From assembly GCA_043822305.1 (NCBI GenBank), contig JBDRBU010000100.1:1-61259 (forward strand): a stretch of 61,259 nucleotides of DNA, given 5' to 3'. The stretch is from Candidatus Firestoneibacteriota bacterium (GTDB taxonomy: Bacteria; Oederibacteriota; D2-FULL-39-29; JBDRBU01). Position numbers and translations under genes: made by a program. Shown piece after piece: positions 18,375-26,256 of the stretch. Numbering within the stretch: position 1 is the first letter of the stretch; every line of letters begins with the position of its first letter. The notes below the pieces were generated by a model. It was not told where the DNA came from, ran no database searches, and was given only the letters and a program-made list of their open reading frames with translations.

Positions 18375-19409
18375 ATGGTTGACAAAAAAGAATATATTCA
18401 GTTTTTGAATGATTTAAAAAGCAAAATAAGGCAAGCTCAATATCAGGCATATAGAGCAGTTAATAAAGAACTTATCAGTCTTTACTGTGATATAGGTAAG
18501 TCTATTGTTGAAAAGCAGGAGAAATTAGGCTGGGGACAAAAAATAATCCAGCAACTTGCTGAAGATTTACAAAAAGAGTTTCCTGAACAAAAAGGATTCT
18601 CGGCTCCGAATCTATGGTTTATGAGAAAAATCTATCTTATTTATAGGAACAATGCAAAACTCTTACAACTTGTTAGAGAAATACCGTGGGGTCAGAATAT
18701 AGCCATTCTCACAAAAGCAAAGAATGATTATGATCGAGAATATTATTTGCGGATGACTGTTAGAAATTCCTGGAGTAGAAGTATTTTAATTCATCAAATA
18801 GAAACAAAATCCTTTGAACGATTTTTGACAGACAAGAAAAGTTATAATTTTGATAAGACATTGCCGGTTAAGATGCTGAATAAAGTAGAACCTGTCATAA
18901 AAGATACCTATATGCTTGATTTTCTTGAAATATCTGAAGATATTAAAGAAAAGGAATTAGAGAGGAAACTTTTAGAAAATATTAAAAGTTTCCTATTAGA
19001 ACTTGGTATTGGATTCACTTTTATTGGTAACCAACATAAAATTGTGCTTGGCGAAAATGAATATTTCATTGATTTACTATTTTATCATCGTCACTTGAGA
19101 TGCTTGATTGCTATTGATTTAAAAATAGGCAAATTTATTCCAGAATATGCAGGGAAGATGAATTTTTATCTCAATCTTCTTGATGATAAAGTTAAATTGC
19201 AAGATGAGAATCCATCTATAGGACTTATTTTGTGCAAAGAGAAAGATAATATTGTAGTTGAATATGTCTTAAGAAATATAAAAAAACCTGTAGGTGTGGT
19301 AAAGTATTATTTAACAAGAAAGTTACCTGCTAAATTATTAAAACAATTACCATCTCCATCTGCCATAGAAGATAAACTTAAAGAATTAAAGGAGTTGCAT
19401 TATGATTAA
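18375..19409 (+). CDS. YhcG/DUF1016-type PD-(D/E)XK nuclease-domain protein
   Basis: 344 aa. C-terminal core ..YFIDLLFYHRHLRCLIAIDLKIGKFIPEYAGKMNFYLN.. matches the DUF1016 PDDEXK signature. Inserted between trpG and trpD. Confidence 0.75.
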   Translation: MVDKKEYIQFLNDLKSKIRQAQYQAYRAVNKELISLYCDIGKSIVEKQEKLGWGQKIIQQLAEDLQKEFPEQKGFSAPNLWFMRKIYLIYRNNAKLLQLVREIPWGQNIAILTKAKNDYDREYYLRMTVRNSWSRSILIHQIETKSFERFLTDKKSYNFDKTLPVKMLNKVEPVIKDTYMLDFLEISEDIKEKELERKLLENIKSFLLELGIGFTFIGNQHKIVLGENEYFIDLLFYHRHLRCLIAIDLKIGKFIPEYAGKMNFYLNLLDDKVKLQDENPSIGLILCKEKDNIVVEYVLRNIKKPVGVVKYYLTRKLPAKLLKQLPSPSAIEDKLKELKELHYD

Positions 19410-20412
19410 AGAAGCCATAGCAAAACTTGTTGAAAGAAAAAATTTAAGTATAGAAGAAGCAAAGTCTGTTATGAAAGAAATAATGAGCGGGGAAACTACA
19501 CCTGCTTTAATATCAGCCTACTTAGTTAGTTTAAGGATGAAAGGAGAAACAGTAGAGGAAATAACTGGTTCAGCAGAAGTGATGAGAGAAAATGCAACTT
19601 TAATTCAGACCAAACATAGTTTAATTGTTGATACCTGTGGAACAGGTGGGGATAAGAGTGATACATTTAATGTATCTACTGTCTCTGCTTTTGTTGTTGC
19701 TGGAGCAGGAATACCCATAGCCAAGCATGGTAATAGAGCCGTGTCAAGTAAATGTGGGAGTGCTGATCTTGTCGAAGCATTAGGTGTAAAGTTGGAAATA
19801 CCCGTTGAGAAAATAGAAAAATGTCTTAATGAGATTGGCCTATCATACTTGTTTGCTCCATTACTACATTCCTCAATGAAATATGCTACTCCTATTAGAA
19901 GGGAAATAGGTATTAGGACTATATTTAATATATTAGGTCCACTTGCAAATCCAGCAAAAGTTAAGGCACAGGTTATAGGGGTTTATGCTCCACATTTAGT
20001 TGAACTAATAATAAATGTTCTAAAAAATTTAGGGCATAGCCACGCTTTTGTAGTTCATGGAGCAGATGGATTAGATGAAATATCAATCACTGGAGATACT
20101 AAAGTTGCTGAGTTAAAAGAAGGTAAGATTTTAGTTTACTACATTCAACCAGAAGATTTTGGTATAAAGTCGAGAAAACTTGACGAGATAAAAGGCGGGA
20201 CGAAAGAAGACAATGTAAAGATTGCCTTAGATGTGTTAAATGGAGAAAAAGGAGCATGCCGGGATATGGTGGTTTTGAACTCTTCGGCCGGGATTGTAGC
20301 CGGGGGTAAGGCAAATACTTTATGGGAAGGGATAAAGTTAGCCGAAGAATCAATTGATTCAAAATCCGCATTAAAAAAATTGGAATTATTAAGAGAGTAT
20401 ACTCATAGTTAA
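19402..20412 (+). CDS. trpD: anthranilate phosphoribosyltransferase
   Basis: 336 aa. CGTGGD..TFN.ST and KHGNR motifs. Confidence 0.95.
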   Translation: MIKEAIAKLVERKNLSIEEAKSVMKEIMSGETTPALISAYLVSLRMKGETVEEITGSAEVMRENATLIQTKHSLIVDTCGTGGDKSDTFNVSTVSAFVVAGAGIPIAKHGNRAVSSKCGSADLVEALGVKLEIPVEKIEKCLNEIGLSYLFAPLLHSSMKYATPIRREIGIRTIFNILGPLANPAKVKAQVIGVYAPHLVELIINVLKNLGHSHAFVVHGADGLDEISITGDTKVAELKEGKILVYYIQPEDFGIKSRKLDEIKGGTKEDNVKIALDVLNGEKGACRDMVVLNSSAGIVAGGKANTLWEGIKLAEESIDSKSALKKLELLREYTHS

Positions 20413-21197
20413 TGAAAGACATTTTAAATAAAATAATTGAAAACAAAAAAAAAGAAGTTGCAAAGAGCAAGAAAAGTCTTTGTATCAAAATACTAAAAGA
20501 AAAAGTATATACCTTGCCACCATCTAAATTTAAAAAATCTTTATCTTCTCACTTCTCAATAATCGCAGAAGTTAAAAAAGCATCTCCATCAAAAGGTATA
20601 ATGAGGAAAGATTTTAATCCTGTCCAGATTGCAAAGATTTACGAGAAAGGCAAAGCAGATGCTATTTCTGTATTAACTGATAACAAGTATTTTAAGGGGA
20701 ATTTATCATATTTAAAAAGGATAAAAAATATGGTGTCTGTCCCTATTTTAAGGAAAGATTTTATTATAGATGAATATCAGATATACGAGTCCAGATATTA
20801 TGGTGCAGATGCCGTATTACTTATAGTCTCTATTTTAACAGAAAATAAATTAAGGTATTTTATTAAATTAGCCAAAAAAATAAATATGGATTGTTTGGTT
20901 GAAGTCCATAGTCAGAAGGAAATAAAAACAGCACTTAAATGTAATGCTGATATTATTGGAATTAATAATAGGGATTTAAGAACATTTAAAACGGATTTAA
21001 AAACAACAGAGAGATTAATAAGGTATATGCCGGATAATAAAATAGTTATAAGTGAGAGTGGAATTAAAACAAAAGAGGATATAAAATATTTGAAAAGTTT
21101 GGGTGTGGATGGAGTACTTATTGGTGAAACATTCATGAGAAGTAAAAATATAACAAGTACTTTAAAAAAATTCTCAATAGAAAGGAAAAATATATGA
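20412..21197 (+). CDS. trpC: indole-3-glycerol phosphate synthase
   Basis: 261 aa. E.KKASPSKG, PILRKDFI.D.YQI, VEVH, INNRDL motifs. Confidence 0.95.
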   Translation: MKDILNKIIENKKKEVAKSKKSLCIKILKEKVYTLPPSKFKKSLSSHFSIIAEVKKASPSKGIMRKDFNPVQIAKIYEKGKADAISVLTDNKYFKGNLSYLKRIKNMVSVPILRKDFIIDEYQIYESRYYGADAVLLIVSILTENKLRYFIKLAKKINMDCLVEVHSQKEIKTALKCNADIIGINNRDLRTFKTDLKTTERLIRYMPDNKIVISESGIKTKEDIKYLKSLGVDGVLIGETFMRSKNITSTLKKFSIERKNI

Positions 21198-22012
21198 TTA
21201 AATATGGTCTATGTAGCGAGATATTTAAAGAATGGGAGTGGGAGAAAACCTGTAAATATGTATCAAAAATTGGTTATCATGGAATTGAAATAGCTCCATT
21301 TGTATTTGCAGAGTCAGTTACTCAAATAGACTCTAAAAAGCGGAAAGAAATAAAAGATATATCTAAGAAATATAATTTGGAAATAACTGGATTACATTGG
21401 CTACTTACTAGTCCTAAAGGATTATATATAACTACAATAGATTCTGATTTAAGAGAAAAGACAAAAAATTATTTTTTTGAATTAATAAAGTTTTGTAGTG
21501 ATTTAGGTGGAAGAATAATGGTTATAGGTTCACCCAAGCAAAGAAATATACCAGAAGATATGACATATGAGGAAGCATGGAAAATCTCAAAAGATTTCTT
21601 TAACGATTGCTCTAAGATAGCAAAAAAAGAAAGTGTTTATCTTTGTCTTGAACCTTTACCGATTGATGAGACAAACATATTCACTACAGTTGAAGAGGTT
21701 GTTAAGTTTGTAAAAGAGATAAATCATCCTAATTTTAAAATGATAGTTGATGTGAAGTCAATGTCTGCTGAAGGTAAGCCGATATCTGCTTTGATAAAAT
21801 CCGCAAAAGATTTTGTTTTACATATTCATGCTAATGATTCGAATAGAAGAGGCCCAGGTTTTGGGAATACTGATTTTATACCTATAGCCAAGGCATTAAA
21901 AGACATTAATTACAATGGTTATTTATCAGTAGAAGTTTTTGATTTTACACCTAACCCCGAGACAATTGCTGAAAAAAGTTTAGAATATTTGAAAAGTATA
22001 TGGAAAAAGTAG
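21194..22012 (+). CDS. sugar-phosphate isomerase/epimerase (xylose-isomerase-like TIM barrel)
   Basis: 272 aa. Pattern Y.GIEI, then LEP, then H..D, typical of the AP_endonuc_2 fold. Not a trp gene. Confidence 0.65.
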   Translation: MIKYGLCSEIFKEWEWEKTCKYVSKIGYHGIEIAPFVFAESVTQIDSKKRKEIKDISKKYNLEITGLHWLLTSPKGLYITTIDSDLREKTKNYFFELIKFCSDLGGRIMVIGSPKQRNIPEDMTYEEAWKISKDFFNDCSKIAKKESVYLCLEPLPIDETNIFTTVEEVVKFVKEINHPNFKMIVDVKSMSAEGKPISALIKSAKDFVLHIHANDSNRRGPGFGNTDFIPIAKALKDINYNGYLSVEVFDFTPNPETIAEKSLEYLKSIWKK

Positions 22013-22016
22013 ATAT

Positions 22017-22517
22017 ATGTTTTTAAAAGATACCTATATAAAAATCATTATTATAGTAACAGTTTTTGTTATTTTGATAATGGGCGGTATCCATCTTTAT
22101 CTAAGGAATAACCCAACATTACCTCTTAGTAGCAGGCCTTATTTGATTAAAAAGGTTATTGATGGAGATACGCTAATCATTGAAAATGGTGAGAGAATAA
22201 GACTAATTGGAATTGATGCACCTGAAACGCATCATCCAGTGATTTCAGCACAGAGATTTGGACAGGAATCAGCAGATTTTTTAAAAAAGATGGTAGAAAA
22301 CCATAAATGTATGTTAGAGTATGAACCAGATAGAGTAAGAGATTCTTATGAAAGAATTCTTGCTTATGTGTATGTAAATGGAAATTTAATAAATGCCGAG
22401 ATGATAAAAATGGGATATGCATATGTATACACAAGGTTTCCATTTAAAAAGATGGAAGAATTTATAGTTTTAGAGAAACAAGCAAGAGATAAGAAAATAG
22501 GATTATGGGAAAAATAA
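22017..22517 (+). CDS. membrane-anchored thermonuclease (SNase-like)
   Basis: 166 aa. N-terminal TM helix. V.DGDT..I..G..IRL.GIDAPE and ER.LAYV motifs of staphylococcal-nuclease homologs. Confidence 0.85.
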   Translation: MFLKDTYIKIIIIVTVFVILIMGGIHLYLRNNPTLPLSSRPYLIKKVIDGDTLIIENGERIRLIGIDAPETHHPVISAQRFGQESADFLKKMVENHKCMLEYEPDRVRDSYERILAYVYVNGNLINAEMIKMGYAYVYTRFPFKKMEEFIVLEKQARDKKIGLWEK

Positions 22518-22963
22518 TGGATTTAGATGAGGGAGCGAAACTTAAAAGGTTTATAATAAGAGTAGTGGTTACCACTTTAGCCATACTTATAATTCTATTT
22601 TTTGTTAAGATTTGGTTTTTTAATAATAAAGCTAAAACTCCTGATTTCAAGCAACAGGCACCAATATCTATTTCTCTTAATGATGTTACTAAATATTATG
22701 GTAAATATGTAATAGTAGAAGGAAAGATTACCAAAACATATAATTCTGGAAAAGCATGTTTTCTTAATTTTAATGTAAATTATAGGCGATATTTAACAGC
22801 AGTGATTTTTGCTTCATCTTTTTCGCAATTTCCTCCTAATCCAGAGAATTATTATTTAAATAAAACAGTTAAAGTTGTTGGTACCATAAAAGAGTATCAA
22901 GGAAGTCCCGAGATAATTTTAAATAATAAAGAGCAAATTGAAGAGGGACAGACACCATATTAA
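22505..22963 (+). CDS. membrane-anchored OB-fold-like protein
   Basis: 152 aa. One TM helix, then Y.GK.V.VEGKI....NSGKACFLNF....V.V.G.I.EYQG.PEI, which resembles an OB-fold. Overlaps the SNase stop by 13 nt. Confidence 0.5.
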   Translation: MGKIMDLDEGAKLKRFIIRVVVTTLAILIILFFVKIWFFNNKAKTPDFKQQAPISISLNDVTKYYGKYVIVEGKITKTYNSGKACFLNFNVNYRRYLTAVIFASSFSQFPPNPENYYLNKTVKVVGTIKEYQGSPEIILNNKEQIEEGQTPY

Positions 22964-22965
22964 TA

Positions 22966-22994
22966 TTGACATAAAGATGAAGGGATGATAAAAT
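22966..22994 (+). promoter_or_regulatory. promoter of the RAYT gene (transcript probably leaderless)
   Basis: TTGACA (22966-22971), 17 bp spacer, TGaTAAAAT (-10 at 22989-22994). The ATG lies 6 nt downstream with no SD. Confidence 0.55.
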
Positions 22995-22999
22995 AACAT

Positions 23000-23671
23000 A
23001 TGCCAAGAATAGCGAGAGTAGTAGGAGAAGGATTACCACACCATATAACCCAACGTGGAAATTACAGGCAAAAAGTATTAGAAAAGAGGGAGGATTTTGA
23101 AAAATATTTGTCACTTCTGGAAGAACAAAGCAGAAAATATGAAACCAGGATTATTTCATATTGCATAATGAATAATCATGTGCATTTTATAGCAATACCT
23201 GAAAAATCAGATTCGTTAGCGAACACATTCAAATATGTGCATATGAAGTATTCGCAGTATGTGAATAAGAAAAAAGGAATGTCAGGGCATTTATGGCAGA
23301 GCAGGTTTTTTTCGAGCGTAATTGACAAAGATTATCTATCGGTGGCCATGAGATATGTAGAAAGGAACCCGGTAAGAGCAAAAATGGTAAAGAGAGCCGT
23401 AGAGTGGGAGTGGTCAAGTGCTATCCAACATTGTGGATACAAAAGCAAAAGCATGATGGTTGAAAATATAACAAGTTTAACAGGGATGAGAGAAACAGAG
23501 TGGGAGAAATATCTCGAAGAGAAAGAAGATTCTGAAGTATTGGAAAAGCTAAGGAAAAATACAAGTACAGGACGGCCAATAGGAAATGAGGGATTTGTGG
23601 ATATGCTAGAGAAGAAGTTAAAACGAGTATTAAAGATAAAGCCTGCCGGCAGGCTGTTAAAGAAGAGATAA
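23000..23671 (+). CDS. REP-associated tyrosine transposase (IS200/IS605-like Y1/HUH)
   Basis: 223 aa. HUH in NNHVHFIAIP. Catalytic-Tyr helix AMRYVERNPVRAKMV. N-terminal HH.TQRGN. Layout is typical of RAYT/TnpA-REP. Confidence 0.8.
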   Translation: MPRIARVVGEGLPHHITQRGNYRQKVLEKREDFEKYLSLLEEQSRKYETRIISYCIMNNHVHFIAIPEKSDSLANTFKYVHMKYSQYVNKKKGMSGHLWQSRFFSSVIDKDYLSVAMRYVERNPVRAKMVKRAVEWEWSSAIQHCGYKSKSMMVENITSLTGMRETEWEKYLEEKEDSEVLEKLRKNTSTGRPIGNEGFVDMLEKKLKRVLKIKPAGRLLKKR

Positions 23672-23676
23672 TTAAT

Positions 23677-24312
23677 ATGGTGTCTGTCCCCTTAATTAAA
23701 ATATGTGGAATAACCAATATAGATGATGCTCTTATTTCGGTTGATTATGGGGCAGATGTTTTGGGTTTTATCTTTGCGAAAAGTTTAAGACAGATCACTC
23801 CTCAAAATGCAAGAAAGATAATAAAAAAATTACCACCATTTATTGGAAAAGTGGGAGTTTTTGTAAATGAATCCCCTCATTATATTCGAAAAATTGTCCA
23901 GGAATGCGGATTAACCGAAGTTCAGTTACATGGTGAAGAGATACCAGAATTATGTGGAGAGTTGTGTCCTTTAACCGTAATAAAAGCAATAAGAGTAAAA
24001 GATGAAAATGATATAAAAATACTAAGTGCTTATACTTCAGTTTCTGCTTTTCTTTTAGATTCGTTTGTTTTTGATAAAAAAGGTGGAACCGGAAAGAAAT
24101 TTGATTGGAAATTAGCAATATCTGCAAAGAAATATGGTAAGCCAATAATACTTTCAGGTGGTTTAACCCCCGACAATGTTCTTACGGCCATTAAACTTGT
24201 CCAACCATATGCAGTAGATGTTTGTAGTGGTGTTGAGACAAAAGCAGGTAAAAAAGATAAGAAAAAAATAAAGGAGTTTATAAATAAAGCGAGAAAATAT
24301 GCTACCAAATAA
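23677..24312 (+). CDS. trpF: phosphoribosylanthranilate isomerase
   Basis: 211 aa. ..IKICGIT.. N-terminus. The first 5 codons (MVSVP) lie inside the RAYT right inverted repeat. Confidence 0.92.
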   Translation: MVSVPLIKICGITNIDDALISVDYGADVLGFIFAKSLRQITPQNARKIIKKLPPFIGKVGVFVNESPHYIRKIVQECGLTEVQLHGEEIPELCGELCPLTVIKAIRVKDENDIKILSAYTSVSAFLLDSFVFDKKGGTGKKFDWKLAISAKKYGKPIILSGGLTPDNVLTAIKLVQPYAVDVCSGVETKAGKKDKKKIKEFINKARKYATK

Positions 24313-25408
24313 AAAAGGTTATTTTGGAAAATATGGCGGGATTTTTGTTCCCGAGACACTTATCCCAGCCTTAAAAGAATTGGAATATGAGTATCTTAAG
24401 GCCAAGAGAGATAAAAAGTTTCAGAAAGAGTTTAAATACTATCTTACTCATTATGCTGGTCGTCCAACTCCTTTATACTTTGCGGAAAAGTTAACAAAAA
24501 AATTAGGCGGAGTGAAAATTTATCTTAAAAGAGAAGATTTGCTTCATACGGGTGCTCATAAGATAAATAATACTATTGGCCAAATTTTACTCGCTATAAG
24601 AATGGGCAAGAAAAGAGTTATAGCCGAAACCGGTGCAGGACAGCATGGTGTGGCTACGGCGACTGTGGCGGCTAAATTTGGACTTAAGTGTGATATTTAT
24701 ATGGGGGAAGAAGATTGTAAGAGGCAGTCTTTAAATGTTTACAGGATGAAATTACTTGGTGCAAAAGTTATACCGGTTAGTTCGGGTACCAAAACATTAA
24801 AAGATGCTTTAAATGAGGCCTTAAGAGACTGGGTGACAAATGTAAAAACCACATATTATCTTCTGGGTAGTGTAGCCGGACCACATCCTTATCCAATGAT
24901 TGTCCGAGATTTTCAGTCAATAATTGGCAAAGAAGCATTAAAACAGATATTAAGTTTAGAAGGTAAACTTCCAAATTATTTAATTGCATGTGTTGGCGGA
25001 GGAAGTAATTCAATAGGTTTATTCTATGTATTTTATAAATATAAAAAAGTTAAATTTATTGGTGTCGAAGGTGGAGGATTGGGTATTCACACAAAAAAAC
25101 ATGCGGCAACTTTAACAGCAGGTAGCCCCGGTATCTTACATGGTTCATTTTCATATTTATTGCAAGATAAATATGGGCAGGTTTCTTCTACTCATTCTGT
25201 TGCTGCTGGTTTGGATTATCCTGGTGTTGGTCCTGAGCATAGTTTTTATAAAGATACTGGTCGGGCTATTTATTTATCTACTACAGATAAAGAAGCATTG
25301 GACGCATTTCATTTACTTTCAGAAATTGAAGGAATCATTCCCGCCTTAGAGTCCGCCCATGCTTTAGCCTATTTAATAAAACATAAAAATAAATTCAAAA
25401 AAAAATGA
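24299..25408 (+). CDS. trpB: tryptophan synthase beta chain (3' end frameshifted)
   Basis: [12 protein letters not shown]-lysine motif and GGGSN. The ORF stops right after an A9 run (25397-25405). The conserved C-terminus [16 protein letters not shown].. continues in the +1 frame to 25469. Confidence 0.92.
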   Translation: MLPNKKGYFGKYGGIFVPETLIPALKELEYEYLKAKRDKKFQKEFKYYLTHYAGRPTPLYFAEKLTKKLGGVKIYLKREDLLHTGAHKINNTIGQILLAIRMGKKRVIAETGAGQHGVATATVAAKFGLKCDIYMGEEDCKRQSLNVYRMKLLGAKVIPVSSGTKTLKDALNEALRDWVTNVKTTYYLLGSVAGPHPYPMIVRDFQSIIGKEALKQILSLEGKLPNYLIACVGGGSNSIGLFYVFYKYKKVKFIGVEGGGLGIHTKKHAATLTAGSPGILHGSFSYLLQDKYGQVSSTHSVAAGLDYPGVGPEHSFYKDTGRAIYLSTTDKEALDAFHLLSEIEGIIPALESAHALAYLIKHKNKFKKK

Positions 25409-25446
25409 TATAGTTATTGTTAATTTATCCGGCAGAGGAGACAAAG

Positions 25447-26256
25447 ATGTTGGGGGATTATTGTCGTAAATCAGGTAAAAAAGTATTTATCGTTTATATA
25501 ACCTGTGGTTATCCTGATTTAAAAACAACAGAAAATCTAATTTTAGAGTTCTCGAAAATAGGTGTTGATGTTATTGAACTTGGAATACCTTTCTCTGACC
25601 CTATAGCCGATGGGCCAACTATTCAAAAAGCTGGCAATATAGCCTTAAGTAATAATGTTAACTTATATAAAGTATTTAAAATGGTAAAAAGAATTAGGAG
25701 TAGAGTTAAATCGGGTCTGGCTATTATGAGTTATTACAATATTATATACCAATATGGATTAAAAAGATTTGTTATTGATTGTAAAAAGTATGGTGTTGAT
25801 GGTATAATTGTACCAGATTTGATACCGGAAGAAGGTAAATATTTAATAAAATTAAGCAAAGAGTATAATGTTAATTTAGTATTTTTATTAGCACCAACAA
25901 GTAGTTTAAATAGGATAAAGTTAGTCTCAAAACATAGTAGTGGATTTATATACTGTGTTTCATTAACAGGTGTTACGGGAGAAAGAAGTAGAATTCCTGA
26001 TATTAAAGATTATATTAATAAAATAAAAAGATATACTCATAAACCTATTGCCGTTGGATTTGGTATTTCTAAAAGTTCTCAAATCAGAGAGATTTTAAAG
26101 TCCGCTGATGGTGTAATAATAGGCAGTGCCATAATTAAAAAAATGTCAGAAAATATTAAGAGTAAAAATTTGGTTAAAAATGTAGTTAAGTTTGTTAATA
26201 AATTAAAAAAGGAGAGTGTCAAATGTCAAGTGCTGACCCCGAAAGTAAAGAATTAA
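25447..26256 (+). CDS. trpA: tryptophan synthase alpha chain
   Basis: YITCGYPD, ELGIPFSDP.ADGP.IQ, GFGIS motifs. Start placed at the ATG at 25447. The tracked ORF opens at 25417. Confidence 0.9.
   Translation: MLGDYCRKSGKKVFIVYITCGYPDLKTTENLILEFSKIGVDVIELGIPFSDPIADGPTIQKAGNIALSNNVNLYKVFKMVKRIRSRVKSGLAIMSYYNIIYQYGLKRFVIDCKKYGVDGIIVPDLIPEEGKYLIKLSKEYNVNLVFLLAPTSSLNRIKLVSKHSSGFIYCVSLTGVTGERSRIPDIKDYINKIKRYTHKPIAVGFGISKSSQIREILKSADGVIIGSAIIKKMSENIKSKNLVKNVVKFVNKLKKESVKCQVLTPKVKN

Larger units (their letters stand above)
22945..23690 (+). mobile_element. RAYT cassette bounded by perfect 20-bp inverted repeats
   Basis: gggacagacaccatattaat at 22945-22964 and its exact reverse complement at 23671-23690 bracket a promoter and the Y1-transposase ORF. 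Confidence 0.75.

Noticed and set aside
25140-25349. Alternative-frame + strand ORFs inside trpB (25140-25349) and inside the permease (53073-53309)
   Set aside because: They are embedded in well-supported genes in another frame, with hydrophobic low-complexity translations and no RBS.
24299-25408. TrpB as a naturally shorter protein, and trpE as a naturally split two-subunit enzyme
   Set aside because: In both cases the missing conserved residues are encoded immediately downstream in the +1 frame and join seamlessly across an A9 run. A frameshift, whether real or artefactual, is the simpler reading.
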